Shown here: positions 1 through 9,356 of the stretch, one piece after another | How positions within the stretch are numbered: the first letter of the stretch is position 1 | How the letters are laid out: each line of letters begins with the position of its first letter | From: Pseudomonadota bacterium | GTDB lineage: Bacteria; Bdellovibrionota_B; Oligoflexia; Oligoflexales; CAIYRB01 | Assembly: GCA_031416315.1 (NCBI GenBank) | Contig: JANOTL010000171.1 | Location: 1-62,689 of the forward strand | Length of the DNA: 62,689 bases | Reading direction: 5' to 3' | Program-made: the position numbers and the translations under genes | Notes under the pieces: model-generated | Told to the model about the DNA's origin: nothing | Seen by the model: the letters and a program-made list of their open reading frames with translations, nothing else | Database searches by the model: none

Positions 1-76
1 CGAACAGCGCCAAGAGCTTGGCGTTGGAGACGGCGCTCGGCAACGATCCGCGGGTGCCCCAGCATTTGATGTACAC
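1..76 (-). CDS. MBL-fold metallo-hydrolase, N-terminus only (runs off window start)
   Basis: Minus strand from GTG at 76 reads VYIKCWGTRGSLPSAVSNAKLLALF. WGTRGS(L/I)P is the typical N-terminus of this MBL subfamily. GGGAG SD-like sequence upstream. Confidence 0.7.
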   Translation of the reverse strand, partial: MYIKCWGTRGSLPSAVSNAKLLALF

Positions 77-233
77 GCCAGCATCTCCCGTTGGGGGCCG
101 ACTCCTGGCGTCGCCCCTCCCATTCAGTCCCATTTACCGGCTGTCGGAAATGTGCTTTGATTCTAGCTTCTAGTAATGAAAAGGGTATGATTATTTAGTC
201 ATCTTGGCAATCTGCAAGCTGGGCGGGGTCTTC

Positions 234-701
234 ATGGCGGCGGAGCAGGGCATCAAGATCGTTGAGAGGGCCGGGGTGTTCTACCTTTCAGGCATTCTGA
301 ACGAATACGCTGACTTCAGCATGCTCCTGCGGCAGCAGGCGCCGCTCAAGCTGAACATGCGCGAAGTATCCAGGTTAAATAGCATCGGTATCCGGAATCT
401 CCTGAAGTTCCTCGCCGACTGGGGCCCCAAGCCGTTCGAATATCAGGAATGCCCTAGTGAGTTCATCGACCAGGTGAACATGATCCCGGCCCTCCTCGGA
501 CCCAAGGGCCACGGGACGATCGCGACGCTTTTCGTTCCTTATGAGTGTACTGGCTGCGACAACGAGGCCGAGGTTCTCTGCAAGCTATCCGAGTTTTCCA
601 CCGTGAAAACAGGGGGCGAGCCAGCCGTCCGCAAGTGCCCGAAGTGCAATAGCGACATGGCCGTGCTCACGGACTCGTTTTTCGTGTTTTTGCAGCGTTG
701 A
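234..701 (+). CDS. STAS-like (anti-sigma antagonist-like) protein with C-terminal Zn ribbon
   Basis: LSGILNEYADF...LNMREVSRLNSIGIR resembles the STAS/SpoIIAA core. C-terminal CTGC...CPKC. ATG 234 preferred over TTG 204. Confidence 0.6.
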   Translation: MAAEQGIKIVERAGVFYLSGILNEYADFSMLLRQQAPLKLNMREVSRLNSIGIRNLLKFLADWGPKPFEYQECPSEFIDQVNMIPALLGPKGHGTIATLFVPYECTGCDNEAEVLCKLSEFSTVKTGGEPAVRKCPKCNSDMAVLTDSFFVFLQR

Positions 702-726
702 ACAGCCCGTCCTTCCATGCTAAGAC
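698..726 (+). promoter_or_regulatory. possible sigma70 promoter of rpsP operon
   Basis: TTGAAC-17 nt-TAAGAC with an extended TGn, 46 nt upstream of the rpsP ATG. Confidence 0.3.
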
Positions 727-772
727 CTCAGTCCTTCGAAGCATTTGGTTAGGTCTGGAGGACTAGGGAAAC

Positions 773-1051
773 ATGGCAGTTCACATTCGACTCGCGCGCC
801 ACGGCCAACGCAATCGCCCGTTCTATCATGTGGTCGCCGCCGACCATAAGATGCGTCGTGACGGTGGTCGTTTCATCGAGAAGCTCGGCACCTACGATCC
901 GGCGACCAACCCGTCGACGGTCAACCTCGACGAAGCGCGCGTCCGCTTCTGGTACGAGCGCGGCGCTCAGTTGAGCGATACCGTCGCCAAGCTGCTCAAG
1001 GTCAAGAACGTCAAACTTGAGCGCCTTAAAACCTCCGCAAAAAAAGCCTGA
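773..1051 (+). CDS. rpsP: 30S ribosomal protein S16
   Basis: MAVHIRLARHGQRNRPFYHVVAAD...RDGGRFIEKLGTYDP...GAQLSDTV. Confidence 0.97.
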   Translation: MAVHIRLARHGQRNRPFYHVVAADHKMRRDGGRFIEKLGTYDPATNPSTVNLDEARVRFWYERGAQLSDTVAKLLKVKNVKLERLKTSAKKA

Positions 1052-1061
1052 GCCGGCTGAC

Positions 1062-1613
1062 GTGAGCTCACCACCCACGGACCTCGTCGTCGTGGGTCGG
1101 GTCGGGCGCGCGCACGGTTTGCAAGGGGCTTTCTTTCTATCCGACCGCTTGGAGCAGCTCCCCAAGAGCTACCGCGAGCTTTGGATCGGCGAAGGCGCAA
1201 GGACTGCGGCGCGCGTCGACCTGGCCGCGTCCGGAATGCAAGCGGGCCGCCCGCTCGTCCGCCTCGTCGGGGTTCCCGATCGAACGGCCGCCGAGCTGCT
1301 CACCGGGCAGCTCGTTTTCGTCGAACGGCGCCGGATCCGCGACGCCGCGCGCAACGAGCTCACCTGGTCCGATCTCGAGGGCCGCGAAGTCGTCGGCAGC
1401 GACGGCAAGGTGCTCGGTAGGGTCGAGGGCCTTTACAACAGCGGCTCCTCCGACGTGATGACGGTCGTGCGCGCCGATGGCCACAGCGTCGATTTGCCGC
1501 TTTCGCCGCCCTATTTCGACGTCGACGCCGGCACTGCTTCCTTGGAGAAGGACGGACCCGTGCGGCTCCTCGTCGCCTCCGACTGCTTCGACGAGCTTTG
1601 GCAGCCGCGATGA
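1062..1613 (+). CDS. rimM: ribosome maturation factor RimM
   Basis: VVGRVGRAHGLQG, DRTAAELLTG and a PRC-barrel C-terminus. Lies between rpsP and trmD. GTG 1062 assumed. Confidence 0.92.
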   Translation: MSSPPTDLVVVGRVGRAHGLQGAFFLSDRLEQLPKSYRELWIGEGARTAARVDLAASGMQAGRPLVRLVGVPDRTAAELLTGQLVFVERRRIRDAARNELTWSDLEGREVVGSDGKVLGRVEGLYNSGSSDVMTVVRADGHSVDLPLSPPYFDVDAGTASLEKDGPVRLLVASDCFDELWQPR

Positions 1614-2296
1614 TGCGTCCCTTGACGGTGCTCACGGTTCACCCCGAGTTCATCCTCGCGTACGCGAAATTCGGCGTCTTCAAAGCCGCGCGCGAGCGCA
1701 AGCTCGCCGAGGTGACGGCGCTGAACCTGCGCGATTTCGCGGTCGACAAGCACGGCTCCGTCGACGACCGGCCTTTCGGCGGCGGGGACGGCATGGTGAT
1801 GCGGCCGGAGCCCTTGACGGCGGCATTAGCCGCGGTTTCGGGCGAGCCGCGCGTGATCTACACCTCGCCGGCAGGAAAGCCTTGGACGCATGCCGAGGCG
1901 GAGCGTTTGGCCGCTGGAAAAGAGCCGCTGGTGTTTGTTTGTGGCCGGTTCGCCGGCGTTGATCAGCGGTTCTTGGACAAGAAAGTGCACGAGCAGTATT
2001 CGCTCGGGGATTTCGTGCTGTCGGGTGGTGAGCTCGCGGCGCTGGCGATGATCGACTCGATCCTGCGTTTCGTGCCGGGCGTGCTGGGGCATCAGGAAAG
2101 CGCGCTGAAGGACTCGTTTGCGGATGGATGTGCCGGAGGGTTGGAGCATCCGCTTTATACGCGGCCACCCGAGTGGGAAGGCATGAAGGTGCCGGAGGTT
2201 TTGATGGGCGGCGATCACGAGAAGATCGCGGCTTGGCGACGGGAAGAGGCTAAACGGCGAACGGCTGAGCTGCGGCCGGATTTGATGAAGCGATGA
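1610..2296 (+). CDS. trmD: tRNA (guanine37-N1)-methyltransferase
   Basis: VDDRPFGGGDGMVM, CGRFAGVDQR, SLGDFVLSGGE, YTRP. ATGA overlap with rimM. Confidence 0.97.
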   Translation: MMRPLTVLTVHPEFILAYAKFGVFKAARERKLAEVTALNLRDFAVDKHGSVDDRPFGGGDGMVMRPEPLTAALAAVSGEPRVIYTSPAGKPWTHAEAERLAAGKEPLVFVCGRFAGVDQRFLDKKVHEQYSLGDFVLSGGELAALAMIDSILRFVPGVLGHQESALKDSFADGCAGGLEHPLYTRPPEWEGMKVPEVLMGGDHEKIAAWRREEAKRRTAELRPDLMKR

Positions 2297-2328
2297 CAGC
2301 AATTTTTCAGCGCCTCAGCGATGAAAGA

Positions 2329-3738
2329 TCAGAGCTGCGACCTACCAAGCCTCGCAACCACCACCCCCATCCGCCTCTCCGTAAACCGCCCCCGCGCCCG
2401 CAACATCTCATCCACGCGCTGCACGACCTCGACCGGAACCTCCCGCACGTCTTCCTTCCGCGGAACGTCCATCTTCGCCTCGAGAGGCGCCACCAACCGC
2501 GCTTCCACCATTCCCGGTAGAATCGCGCCCAGCCGCGCCAGCCGCCCCTGCGCCGCGCGCGTAATCCCGTCTAAAGTCCGCGCCCCAGAGAGCTTGCGCC
2601 CCTCCCGCACGAACTCCAGATGCGCCCGCCACAACTTCCAGCGCATCCCGGCGGCGATGCCGCGCGTCTCTTCGTAGTCGAACCACATCCGCGGCGGCGA
2701 CTTCCATCGCATTTTCAGCGGCAGCGCCGCGCGCGTCGGCGCGACCGCCCCTCGGCGCGCGCCGTCGACGCGTGCCACGAACAGCTCCAGATTGCCCTCG
2801 AACCTGCGGTCCATCGCGCGGGCATCGAGCTCCGCGCCGGTCGGCGGCGACCACAAAGGATTCGGTAGATCGTCGAGCTCGGCGTATCGATCGACGACCC
2901 CAGCGATTTCTAGGCCTGCGTCGCGAACGGCGGCGAGCCACGCCGAGGGCTCGAGCCGCGCTTCGCGCGCATGCAGAAACGTGTCGACCAGCCGCGCGTC
3001 GTTGCCGATGGTCGCGGCGCCGAGCTGGCCTATGCGTTGCGCCAGTGAAGGCAGCGTCTGCGTCAGAAGCGAGAGGAGGCCGCGAAGCTGACTCAAGTCA
3101 TCGCGCACGTGACGATCGAGCCCGATCAGCTCGAAGGCATGCGCGAGCTCGCGAATCCACGCACGCGCGGGCGCATTGTAGAGCATGAGGCGCGCGGTGC
3201 CGCCGGGAGCGAGCGCGGCGCCCAAAGAACGCAGGGCGCTGCGCGGATTGGCGAGGTGATGGATCACCCCGAAGGCATCGATGTGCGCATAGCTTCCCGG
3301 CGCTGCCTCGAGAAAGGCCGCAAGGTCTCCGCGGACGAAACGGGTCGGCGCCAGCGAAGGAAAGAGCCGCAATCGGGCGCGAAGAAGGCTCGTGCGCGAA
3401 AGATCGAGACAGGTGACACGGTGGCGGCCGGGCTCCCATTGGCGCACGACGTAGGGAAGGATCTCCCCGGAGCCGCCGACCAGGACTTCGAGCTGACCGC
3501 GTCGCTCGGGACTGTCGAGCGCCGGCGGCACGATGCCGAAACGCGCTGCGGCGAGTCGCGCCGCGAGAAGCGAGCTGGCGAGATAGCCTTCCTGCCAACG
3601 AGGCTTCGCGACGAGCGGATAACGCGGGTAGGGATAAGCTTCGTAAAGGCGCTGCACGGCAGTGGTTATGGCGGACGAGACGGCAGACGGGGTTGCCATC
3701 GACGCGGCGCCCGTCGACGTCGGCCCTTTCGGCATCAC
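2329..3738 (-). CDS. class I SAM-dependent methyltransferase
   Basis: VQRLYEAYPYP N-terminal motif, VTCLDLSRTSL, GVIHHLANP, LAPGG, DTFLHARE. Glycine-rich motif I is atypical (VLVGGSGE). Confidence 0.75.
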   Translation of the reverse strand: MMPKGPTSTGAASMATPSAVSSAITTAVQRLYEAYPYPRYPLVAKPRWQEGYLASSLLAARLAAARFGIVPPALDSPERRGQLEVLVGGSGEILPYVVRQWEPGRHRVTCLDLSRTSLLRARLRLFPSLAPTRFVRGDLAAFLEAAPGSYAHIDAFGVIHHLANPRSALRSLGAALAPGGTARLMLYNAPARAWIRELAHAFELIGLDRHVRDDLSQLRGLLSLLTQTLPSLAQRIGQLGAATIGNDARLVDTFLHAREARLEPSAWLAAVRDAGLEIAGVVDRYAELDDLPNPLWSPPTGAELDARAMDRRFEGNLELFVARVDGARRGAVAPTRAALPLKMRWKSPPRMWFDYEETRGIAAGMRWKLWRAHLEFVREGRKLSGARTLDGITRAAQGRLARLGAILPGMVEARLVAPLEAKMDVPRKEDVREVPVEVVQRVDEMLRARGRFTERRMGVVVARLGRSQL

Positions 3739-5069
3739 GGCTTGGCGGCCGAAGCAGGGACCGCGGGAGCCGCGCCGGCGGGAGCAAGGGGAGCCGCCTT
3801 CGCAGCCGAAAGAGGGGGCTCGTGGGCCGCGGTCCGGGGCCCCGCCGGCGTCGCCGCGTTGCCTGCGGCCGCGCCGACGCCCGGCGCCAGCACCCGCGCC
3901 CGAAACACGGCGCCCGCCGGCACCGAGGCCGACACTTCTTTGATGATCGCGGTCTTCTGCGGGCTGCCGTCCGTCGCGTGAGTGATGATGCCTGTCGCGC
4001 CGGCCAGGTTCATGGTGCGGCGGAGCTCGAGCGTGAGGGCCGCGGCTTGATTCGCGCCCGCGCGCTTCACTGCGTCGGCGACGAGTAGCATCGAGTCGAA
4101 GGCCAAGGCCGCGACGCTGCCAGGCGCTCGACCGAACTTTGCCTTGAAGGCAGAGACGAAAGCCGCCGTCGCCGGATCCGGATCGTCCGCAGCAAAGGCT
4201 GCCGTATGGATCATGCCATTCGCCGCCTCGCCCGCGATCCGCGAAAGCTGCGGCGTATCCCAGGCGTCAGTGCCGACGAGAACGAGCTTCGTGCCGGCCG
4301 CCTTGGCCGCTTTCGCCACGCCGCTCGCCGTGTGAAACGACGCGGGAACGAAGAGGAAATCGGCGTCTGCGGCCTTGAGCCGGCCGAGCGCCGCGGCGAA
4401 ATCCTCGGCGCCGAGCTCGAAGACCTCGGTCCCCTTCACGGCGCCGCCACGGGCCGCGATCGCCGCGGCGAAGCGCTCGGCGGTGCGGCGTGCCGCCTCG
4501 CCGTCGTCCCGGAGGACCCAGATGGCTTTGGCTTTGCGGGTGGTCATCAGGTACTCGGCGAGGGCGGCGCTCTGCTCGCCTTCGTCCAGGGCCACGCGGG
4601 TGACCGAGGTCCCCGACGGCACCGCCAAAGCTCCGGGCGAAGGGACGACGATCGGGCGGCCGCGAACGGCGGTGCTATCGACCAGAGCTTGGCTTTGGAG
4701 GCCGGTCAGCGAGCCGATGAAGACGTGAGCCTTGTCCTTTGCGACGAGTTGCTCGATCGCGGGGACGACCTCGCGTGGAGAGGATTTCTCGTCGGCGATC
4801 GCGAGCGTGATCGTCGCCGCGATGTCTGGGTCCTTCTGCTTCACGACGTCCAGGGCGAGGCTCATGCCGCGCTCGGCCTCCAGACCGAAGGGCGCTTGCG
4901 GCCCGGTCATCGGCAGGACGGCGCCGACGACGAGCTTCGGGCGCTCCTGGCCGCCGAAGGCGAGGGAAGAAACCAAAGAGATCAGGGTGAAGGCAAAGGC
5001 GAAGCCGAGAGCCCCGGGCCGGGCCTGGATCGGGACGGGGCCATTGCCCCGTCGGAGAAACGTAGGCAT
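3735..5069 (-). CDS. branched-chain amino acid ABC substrate-binding protein (LivJ-like, PBP type 1)
   Basis: Signal peptide, VGAVLPMTGPQAPFG, DFAAALGRLK, AFKAKFGRAPGSVAALAFD; Ala/Pro-rich tail. Confidence 0.85.
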   Translation of the reverse strand: MPTFLRRGNGPVPIQARPGALGFAFAFTLISLVSSLAFGGQERPKLVVGAVLPMTGPQAPFGLEAERGMSLALDVVKQKDPDIAATITLAIADEKSSPREVVPAIEQLVAKDKAHVFIGSLTGLQSQALVDSTAVRGRPIVVPSPGALAVPSGTSVTRVALDEGEQSAALAEYLMTTRKAKAIWVLRDDGEAARRTAERFAAAIAARGGAVKGTEVFELGAEDFAAALGRLKAADADFLFVPASFHTASGVAKAAKAAGTKLVLVGTDAWDTPQLSRIAGEAANGMIHTAAFAADDPDPATAAFVSAFKAKFGRAPGSVAALAFDSMLLVADAVKRAGANQAAALTLELRRTMNLAGATGIITHATDGSPQKTAIIKEVSASVPAGAVFRARVLAPGVGAAAGNAATPAGPRTAAHEPPLSAAKAAPLAPAGAAPAVPASAAKP

Positions 5070-5151
5070 CGAGAATCTCCGATGTTTCGATTACGTTGGC
5101 CGAGATCCTAGGGCTTGGCAAGTGCGGGCTCGATTTGTTAGGCATTTCACC

Positions 5152-5820
5152 GTGACGAAACCTGGAACCGACATCGGCCCGATCGACGCGGGCTTTTGGC
5201 AGAAGCGCTGGCGCACGGGCGAGACCGGTTGGGATCAAGGCGGTCCGCACCCCTTGCTCGCGGCGGCATTGGCAGAGCTCGGCTCGCATCGCAAGCTGAC
5301 TTCGGGCACGAAATTTCTGGAGCCCGGCGCTGGACGCGCGCACAACGGCGCCGAGCTCGCGCGCCGCGGCTTCGCCGTGACGTCCTTCGATCTGACGACG
5401 GAGGCGGTCTCAGAGGCGCGGAAGAAATACGCCGACGTTCCCGGGCTCACTTTGACGACCGGCGACGCGCTGACGGTGAACGAAGAATGGCGCGGCGCGT
5501 TCGACGTCGTCTTCGATCGCGCCATGCTCTGCGCTTTGCCGCCGGGAAGTCGCCGCGCCTACGTCGAGGCGTGCTGGACCCACCTCGCGCCGGGCGGCCA
5601 CCTGTCCTCGATTTTGTTCACGAACGTCGTTCACGCCGACGGCCGGCTCGGGCCGCCATTTCAAGTGACGATGACCGATCTCGCGCACCTGGTCGCCGCG
5701 CGATTCACCTTGCTCGGCGTCGAGGAGCACGTCTTGAAAGTCGACAACGACCGCGTCAAGCGCGAGGCGGTCGTCGTCCTGAAGCGCCGCGATCGGCCGC
5801 TGGTGGAGTCTTCGCCTTGA
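5152..5820 (+). CDS. thiopurine S-methyltransferase (TPMT) family protein
   Basis: FWQKRWRTGETGWDQG, LEPGAGRAH, FDRAMLCALP, GPPF. GTG 5152 assumed. Confidence 0.88.
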   Translation: MTKPGTDIGPIDAGFWQKRWRTGETGWDQGGPHPLLAAALAELGSHRKLTSGTKFLEPGAGRAHNGAELARRGFAVTSFDLTTEAVSEARKKYADVPGLTLTTGDALTVNEEWRGAFDVVFDRAMLCALPPGSRRAYVEACWTHLAPGGHLSSILFTNVVHADGRLGPPFQVTMTDLAHLVAARFTLLGVEEHVLKVDNDRVKREAVVVLKRRDRPLVESSP

Positions 5821-7721
5821 GCAAGGTGGCGACGCTCGCGCACGAGATCATGCGGCACAAGCGCCTCTATTACGCCGGGAAGCCGGAGATCGCGGACGCC
5901 GCCTTCGACAAGCTCGAGGCCGAGCTGCGACAGCTCGATCCCGAGCATCCGGCGCTCCACAAGGTCGGCGCCGATGCGGGCACGGGCAAAAAAGTCCGGC
6001 ACGACGCGCCGATGCTGAGCCTCGACAAGACCTACCTCGCGGACGACGTCGCGTCTTGGATGGACGGCATGCCGGTCGTCGGCACGGTGAAAGTCGACGG
6101 CGTCAGCCTGTCCGTCATCTATGAGGGCGGCAAGCTCGTCACGGCCAAGACGCGCGGCGACGGCCGCGTCGGCGAGGACGTGACCGCCAAGGCGCGCTGG
6201 GTGCCGGATCTGCCGCAGACCTTGAAAAAGGCGCCGGCCAAGCTCGAGGTGCGCGGCGAGCTCTATTGCAACGAGACGCACTTCCTGAAGGTCTCCGACG
6301 AGATGGCCGGCCTCGGGCTGGAGCGGCCGACGAGCCCGCGCAACATCGTCGCCGGAATGCTCGGACGCAAGACGCACGGCGACCTCACGCGCTACTTCAA
6401 TTTCTTCGCGTTTCAAGTGGTCGACGCCGATAAGGTTCTCGGCGTGCCGACCGAGGACGCCGTGATGCGCTGGCTCGAAGGCCACGGCTTTCCGACGCCG
6501 CACCCCGAGCTGATCCAGGACGCGGCGGCGTTGCCGGCTTATCTCGAGCGCGTCAAGCGGCATGCGGAGGAGGACGAGGTCGGGCTCGACGGCGCGGTGT
6601 TCGCGGTGAACGACATCGCCGCGCAGCGCGACCTCGGCGTCACCGCGCACCATCCTCGCGGCAAGCTCTCCTTCAAATGGGCCGGCGAGACCGCGATCAC
6701 GACGATCCGCACCGTTTCCTGGGCGACCTCGCGGCTCGGAATCGTGACGCCGGTCGCGGTCGTCGACGCCGTGTTCCTGAGCGGGGCCTCGATCACCAAC
6801 GTGACGCTCCACAACGCGGCGCACGTGAAGGCCTACAATTTGAAGGCCGGCGACCGTATTGAGATCATCCGTTCGGGCGAGGTGATCCCGAAGTTCCTGG
6901 CCGTCGCGGAGGCCGCGCCCGGCGACTTCGCTTGGCCGGCCGCCTGTCCGGCGTGCGCGACGGCCTTGGCCTTCGACGGCGTCCGGCTCAAGTGCCCGAA
7001 TCAGAAGGACTGCCCCGCGCAGCAGATCGGGGCCATTCTCAACTGGATCGGCTGCGCCGAGATCTTCGACCTGTCGGAGAAGCGGCTCTCGCACCTGATC
7101 GACGCGAAGCTCGTCCAGACGGCTGCGGATCTCTATGCGCTGAAAGAGGCCGATTTCCTCGTCATCCCGCAGACGAAGGCGAAGATGGCGGCGAAGCTCT
7201 TCGCCAACGTGCAGAAGAGCCGCCACTTGCCGCTCGCGCGTTTTCTCAGCGGGCTTGGCATCGAGGGCATCGGCTCGACGAGCTGGGAGAAGCTGCTGGA
7301 GACCTTTCCGGGGCTCGACCTTTTGCGCGCAGCGAAAGTGGAAGAGATCGCGGAGTCGTTCGGCTTCGCCGAGAAGTCGGCGGTGCAGGTGGTCGAGGGC
7401 TTGAAGGCGCGGTCTGAGCTCATGGAGGCCTTGCTCGCGGCCGGCGTCCTTCCGAGCTTCACTCCGGCGCCCGTCGACACGGGGACGAAGCCCTTGTCGG
7501 GGAAGACGCTCGTGATCACCGGCGCGCTGAGCCGGCCGCGCGCGGAGATCGAGAAGGCGATCAAGGCCGCCGGCGGCAAGACGGCGTCTTCCGTCTCCGC
7601 ATCGACCTTTGCCGTGGTCACCGACGATCCGACCTCGACCTCGTCGAAGATGAAGAAGGCGCGGGAGCTCGGCGTCGCGACGTGGTCGGAAGAAGAGCTA
7701 TTCGGCGTCCTTGGCCGTTGA
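5817..7721 (+). CDS. ligA: NAD-dependent DNA ligase
   Basis: YY...I.DAAFD domain Ia, MLSLDK, KVDG adenylation motif, TRGDG, EVRGE, C4 Zn finger, HhH, BRCT (VITGAL). TTG start overlaps the TPMT stop. Confidence 0.96.
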   Translation: MSKVATLAHEIMRHKRLYYAGKPEIADAAFDKLEAELRQLDPEHPALHKVGADAGTGKKVRHDAPMLSLDKTYLADDVASWMDGMPVVGTVKVDGVSLSVIYEGGKLVTAKTRGDGRVGEDVTAKARWVPDLPQTLKKAPAKLEVRGELYCNETHFLKVSDEMAGLGLERPTSPRNIVAGMLGRKTHGDLTRYFNFFAFQVVDADKVLGVPTEDAVMRWLEGHGFPTPHPELIQDAAALPAYLERVKRHAEEDEVGLDGAVFAVNDIAAQRDLGVTAHHPRGKLSFKWAGETAITTIRTVSWATSRLGIVTPVAVVDAVFLSGASITNVTLHNAAHVKAYNLKAGDRIEIIRSGEVIPKFLAVAEAAPGDFAWPAACPACATALAFDGVRLKCPNQKDCPAQQIGAILNWIGCAEIFDLSEKRLSHLIDAKLVQTAADLYALKEADFLVIPQTKAKMAAKLFANVQKSRHLPLARFLSGLGIEGIGSTSWEKLLETFPGLDLLRAAKVEEIAESFGFAEKSAVQVVEGLKARSELMEALLAAGVLPSFTPAPVDTGTKPLSGKTLVITGALSRPRAEIEKAIKAAGGKTASSVSASTFAVVTDDPTSTSSKMKKARELGVATWSEEELFGVLGR

Positions 7722-8762
7722 CGGAGCGGCCAGAGCGCCGCTCAGCGCGTCGACTTGCCGCTGCAGCGCGCTGACCTTCTTCAAGAGCAAAGGCAGCTGC
7801 GCGAGGGCGACCACCTGGCGACGCCATTCGCTCGCCGGTACGGCGGGCATGCCCATATATTCGCCCGGCACGTCGGTCGAGCGCGTGAGCCCGCCCTTTG
7901 GCCCGAGAGTGATGTTGTCGCCAAGCTCGAGGCTCGGGCCGACGGCGGTGTGGCCGGCCATGATCAAGCGCTTGCCGATCCGGGTGCTGCCGGCGATGGC
8001 GCCGCCGCCCGCGATCATGCCGTACTCGCCCATGACCACCCCGTGCGCGATGTGCACCTGTGAGTCGAACTTGCAGCCACGACCGATCACCGTGTCGGTG
8101 AACGCGCCGCGGTCGATGGTGTTGAGAGGCCCGATCTCGCAGTCGTCGCCGATGACCACTGCGCCCACCTGCGGGATCTTCTCGATGCCGTCCCGCGTCG
8201 GGGCGAAGCCGAAGCCGTCGCCGCCGATGACTGAGCCGGCGTGGATCAGACAGTCGCGGCCGATCTTGCATTCCGCCATGACGGTGACGCTGGCGAAGAC
8301 GACGGTGCCGGCGCCGATCTCGACCCTTTCGCCGATGAAAGTGTGCGGGTAAATGATCGCTTTCGGACCGATCACGGCGTGCGCGTCGACGAAGGCGCAA
8401 GGATAGACCGTCGCGGTTGGGTCGACCTTCGCGGTCGGGTGCACGACGGCGAGGTCGCTCAGGCCCTTGAAGGTGTGGCTTCGGACGTAGAACAGGCTCG
8501 AGGCCTTCGCCATGGTCGCGTAGGCGTTCTTGCTCAGGAGCTGCGGGCGCGGAAAGTCCTCGCGCGGCGAAGCGAGGATGACGGCCGCGGCCTTCGATTC
8601 GGCCAGCTTCGCGGCGTAGCGGGGATTGGTCAGAAAAGAGAGCTCCTGCGCGCCCGCTGCGTCGAGGGGGGCGACCCCGGTGATCTCGAGGTCGGGAACG
8701 GCGCGGCCGCCTGGAACGAAGATCTCGGTGCCCAGGGTCTTGGCCAGATCGACGAGACGCAT
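7698..8762 (-). CDS. lpxD: UDP-3-O-acyl-glucosamine N-acyltransferase
   Basis: LSFLTNPRY, hexapeptide repeats, IGGDGFGF, KIPQVG, TIDRG, QVHIAH. AGGAG SD before ATG 8762. Confidence 0.95.
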   Translation of the reverse strand: MRLVDLAKTLGTEIFVPGGRAVPDLEITGVAPLDAAGAQELSFLTNPRYAAKLAESKAAAVILASPREDFPRPQLLSKNAYATMAKASSLFYVRSHTFKGLSDLAVVHPTAKVDPTATVYPCAFVDAHAVIGPKAIIYPHTFIGERVEIGAGTVVFASVTVMAECKIGRDCLIHAGSVIGGDGFGFAPTRDGIEKIPQVGAVVIGDDCEIGPLNTIDRGAFTDTVIGRGCKFDSQVHIAHGVVMGEYGMIAGGGAIAGSTRIGKRLIMAGHTAVGPSLELGDNITLGPKGGLTRSTDVPGEYMGMPAVPASEWRRQVVALAQLPLLLKKVSALQRQVDALSGALAAPSTAKDAE

Positions 8763-8807
8763 CGCTTCTCCTAGCAAACATGGTCGGAGGACGGACGGCC
8801 GCCCGCT

Positions 8808-9185
8808 TCAGGGCGCGATTTGTACCGAGTTCTTGCAGGAAGGGCAGACCCGATGCACCGGAAAGCGCTCGGCGGATCCCGAGAGAGAGAGAGCGTCGCC
8901 GCAGCTCGGGCAAGTGCCGGCGCCGGCGAAGTCCTTGCCCGCCGCGTGCATCCGATAGATCAGGAAGGCGCCGAGCGGCGCCATGAGGAGCACGACGATC
9001 GGCGAGAAGAAATGGATGATCGGGATCGGGATCATCATGAGGCCGACGACGGCGATCGAGCTGCCCCAAATCAAGCCGCGTCGAACGCCGTCCGCACGAT
9101 GCCACGTCCGCAACGCGATCTCGGCGCGGTTCATCTTGCCGTCGGGTGAGCTGAGGGTGACTGCGAACGGGGTCGAGATCGGCAT
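8808..9185 (-). CDS. small membrane protein with C-terminal Zn ribbon
   Basis: Two hydrophobic segments, then CPSC-x16-CPSC; co-oriented upstream of lpxD. Confidence 0.6.
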   Translation of the reverse strand: MPISTPFAVTLSSPDGKMNRAEIALRTWHRADGVRRGLIWGSSIAVVGLMMIPIPIIHFFSPIVVLLMAPLGAFLIYRMHAAGKDFAGAGTCPSCGDALSLSGSAERFPVHRVCPSCKNSVQIAP

Positions 9186-9356
9186 CTTGGGTCCGTGGTG
9201 CGCTTCGTTCGGTTTGCCGGAGGATTTCGGACCACAGACCCCTCGCCAGGCCCCGTGGTCTTACGGTAATATCAGGAAATTCTTGTTAAAAAAAGGACGA
9301 CTCAACGTCCCGGCAGACTTGGCCGATCTCAAGGTCAGTGGCTGAGAGGGGGACCG

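Noticed and set aside
4732..5816. Long N-terminal extensions on TPMT and LigA in the ORF track (likewise for the desaturase, epimerase, Hsp70, agmatinase and TatC)
   Set aside because: The extensions overlap neighbouring genes. Internal GTG/TTG/ATG starts with SD sequences or stop/start overlaps fit better, so these are not fusions.
5661..7226. Long antisense or alternate-frame ORFs (also 27590-29191, 29490-31292, 35005-37305, 44443-46236, 55462-57351, 56724-58202)
   Set aside because: These are shadow ORFs of GC-rich genes. They overlap well-supported CDSs, have Arg/Gly/Ala-rich composition and show no motifs.
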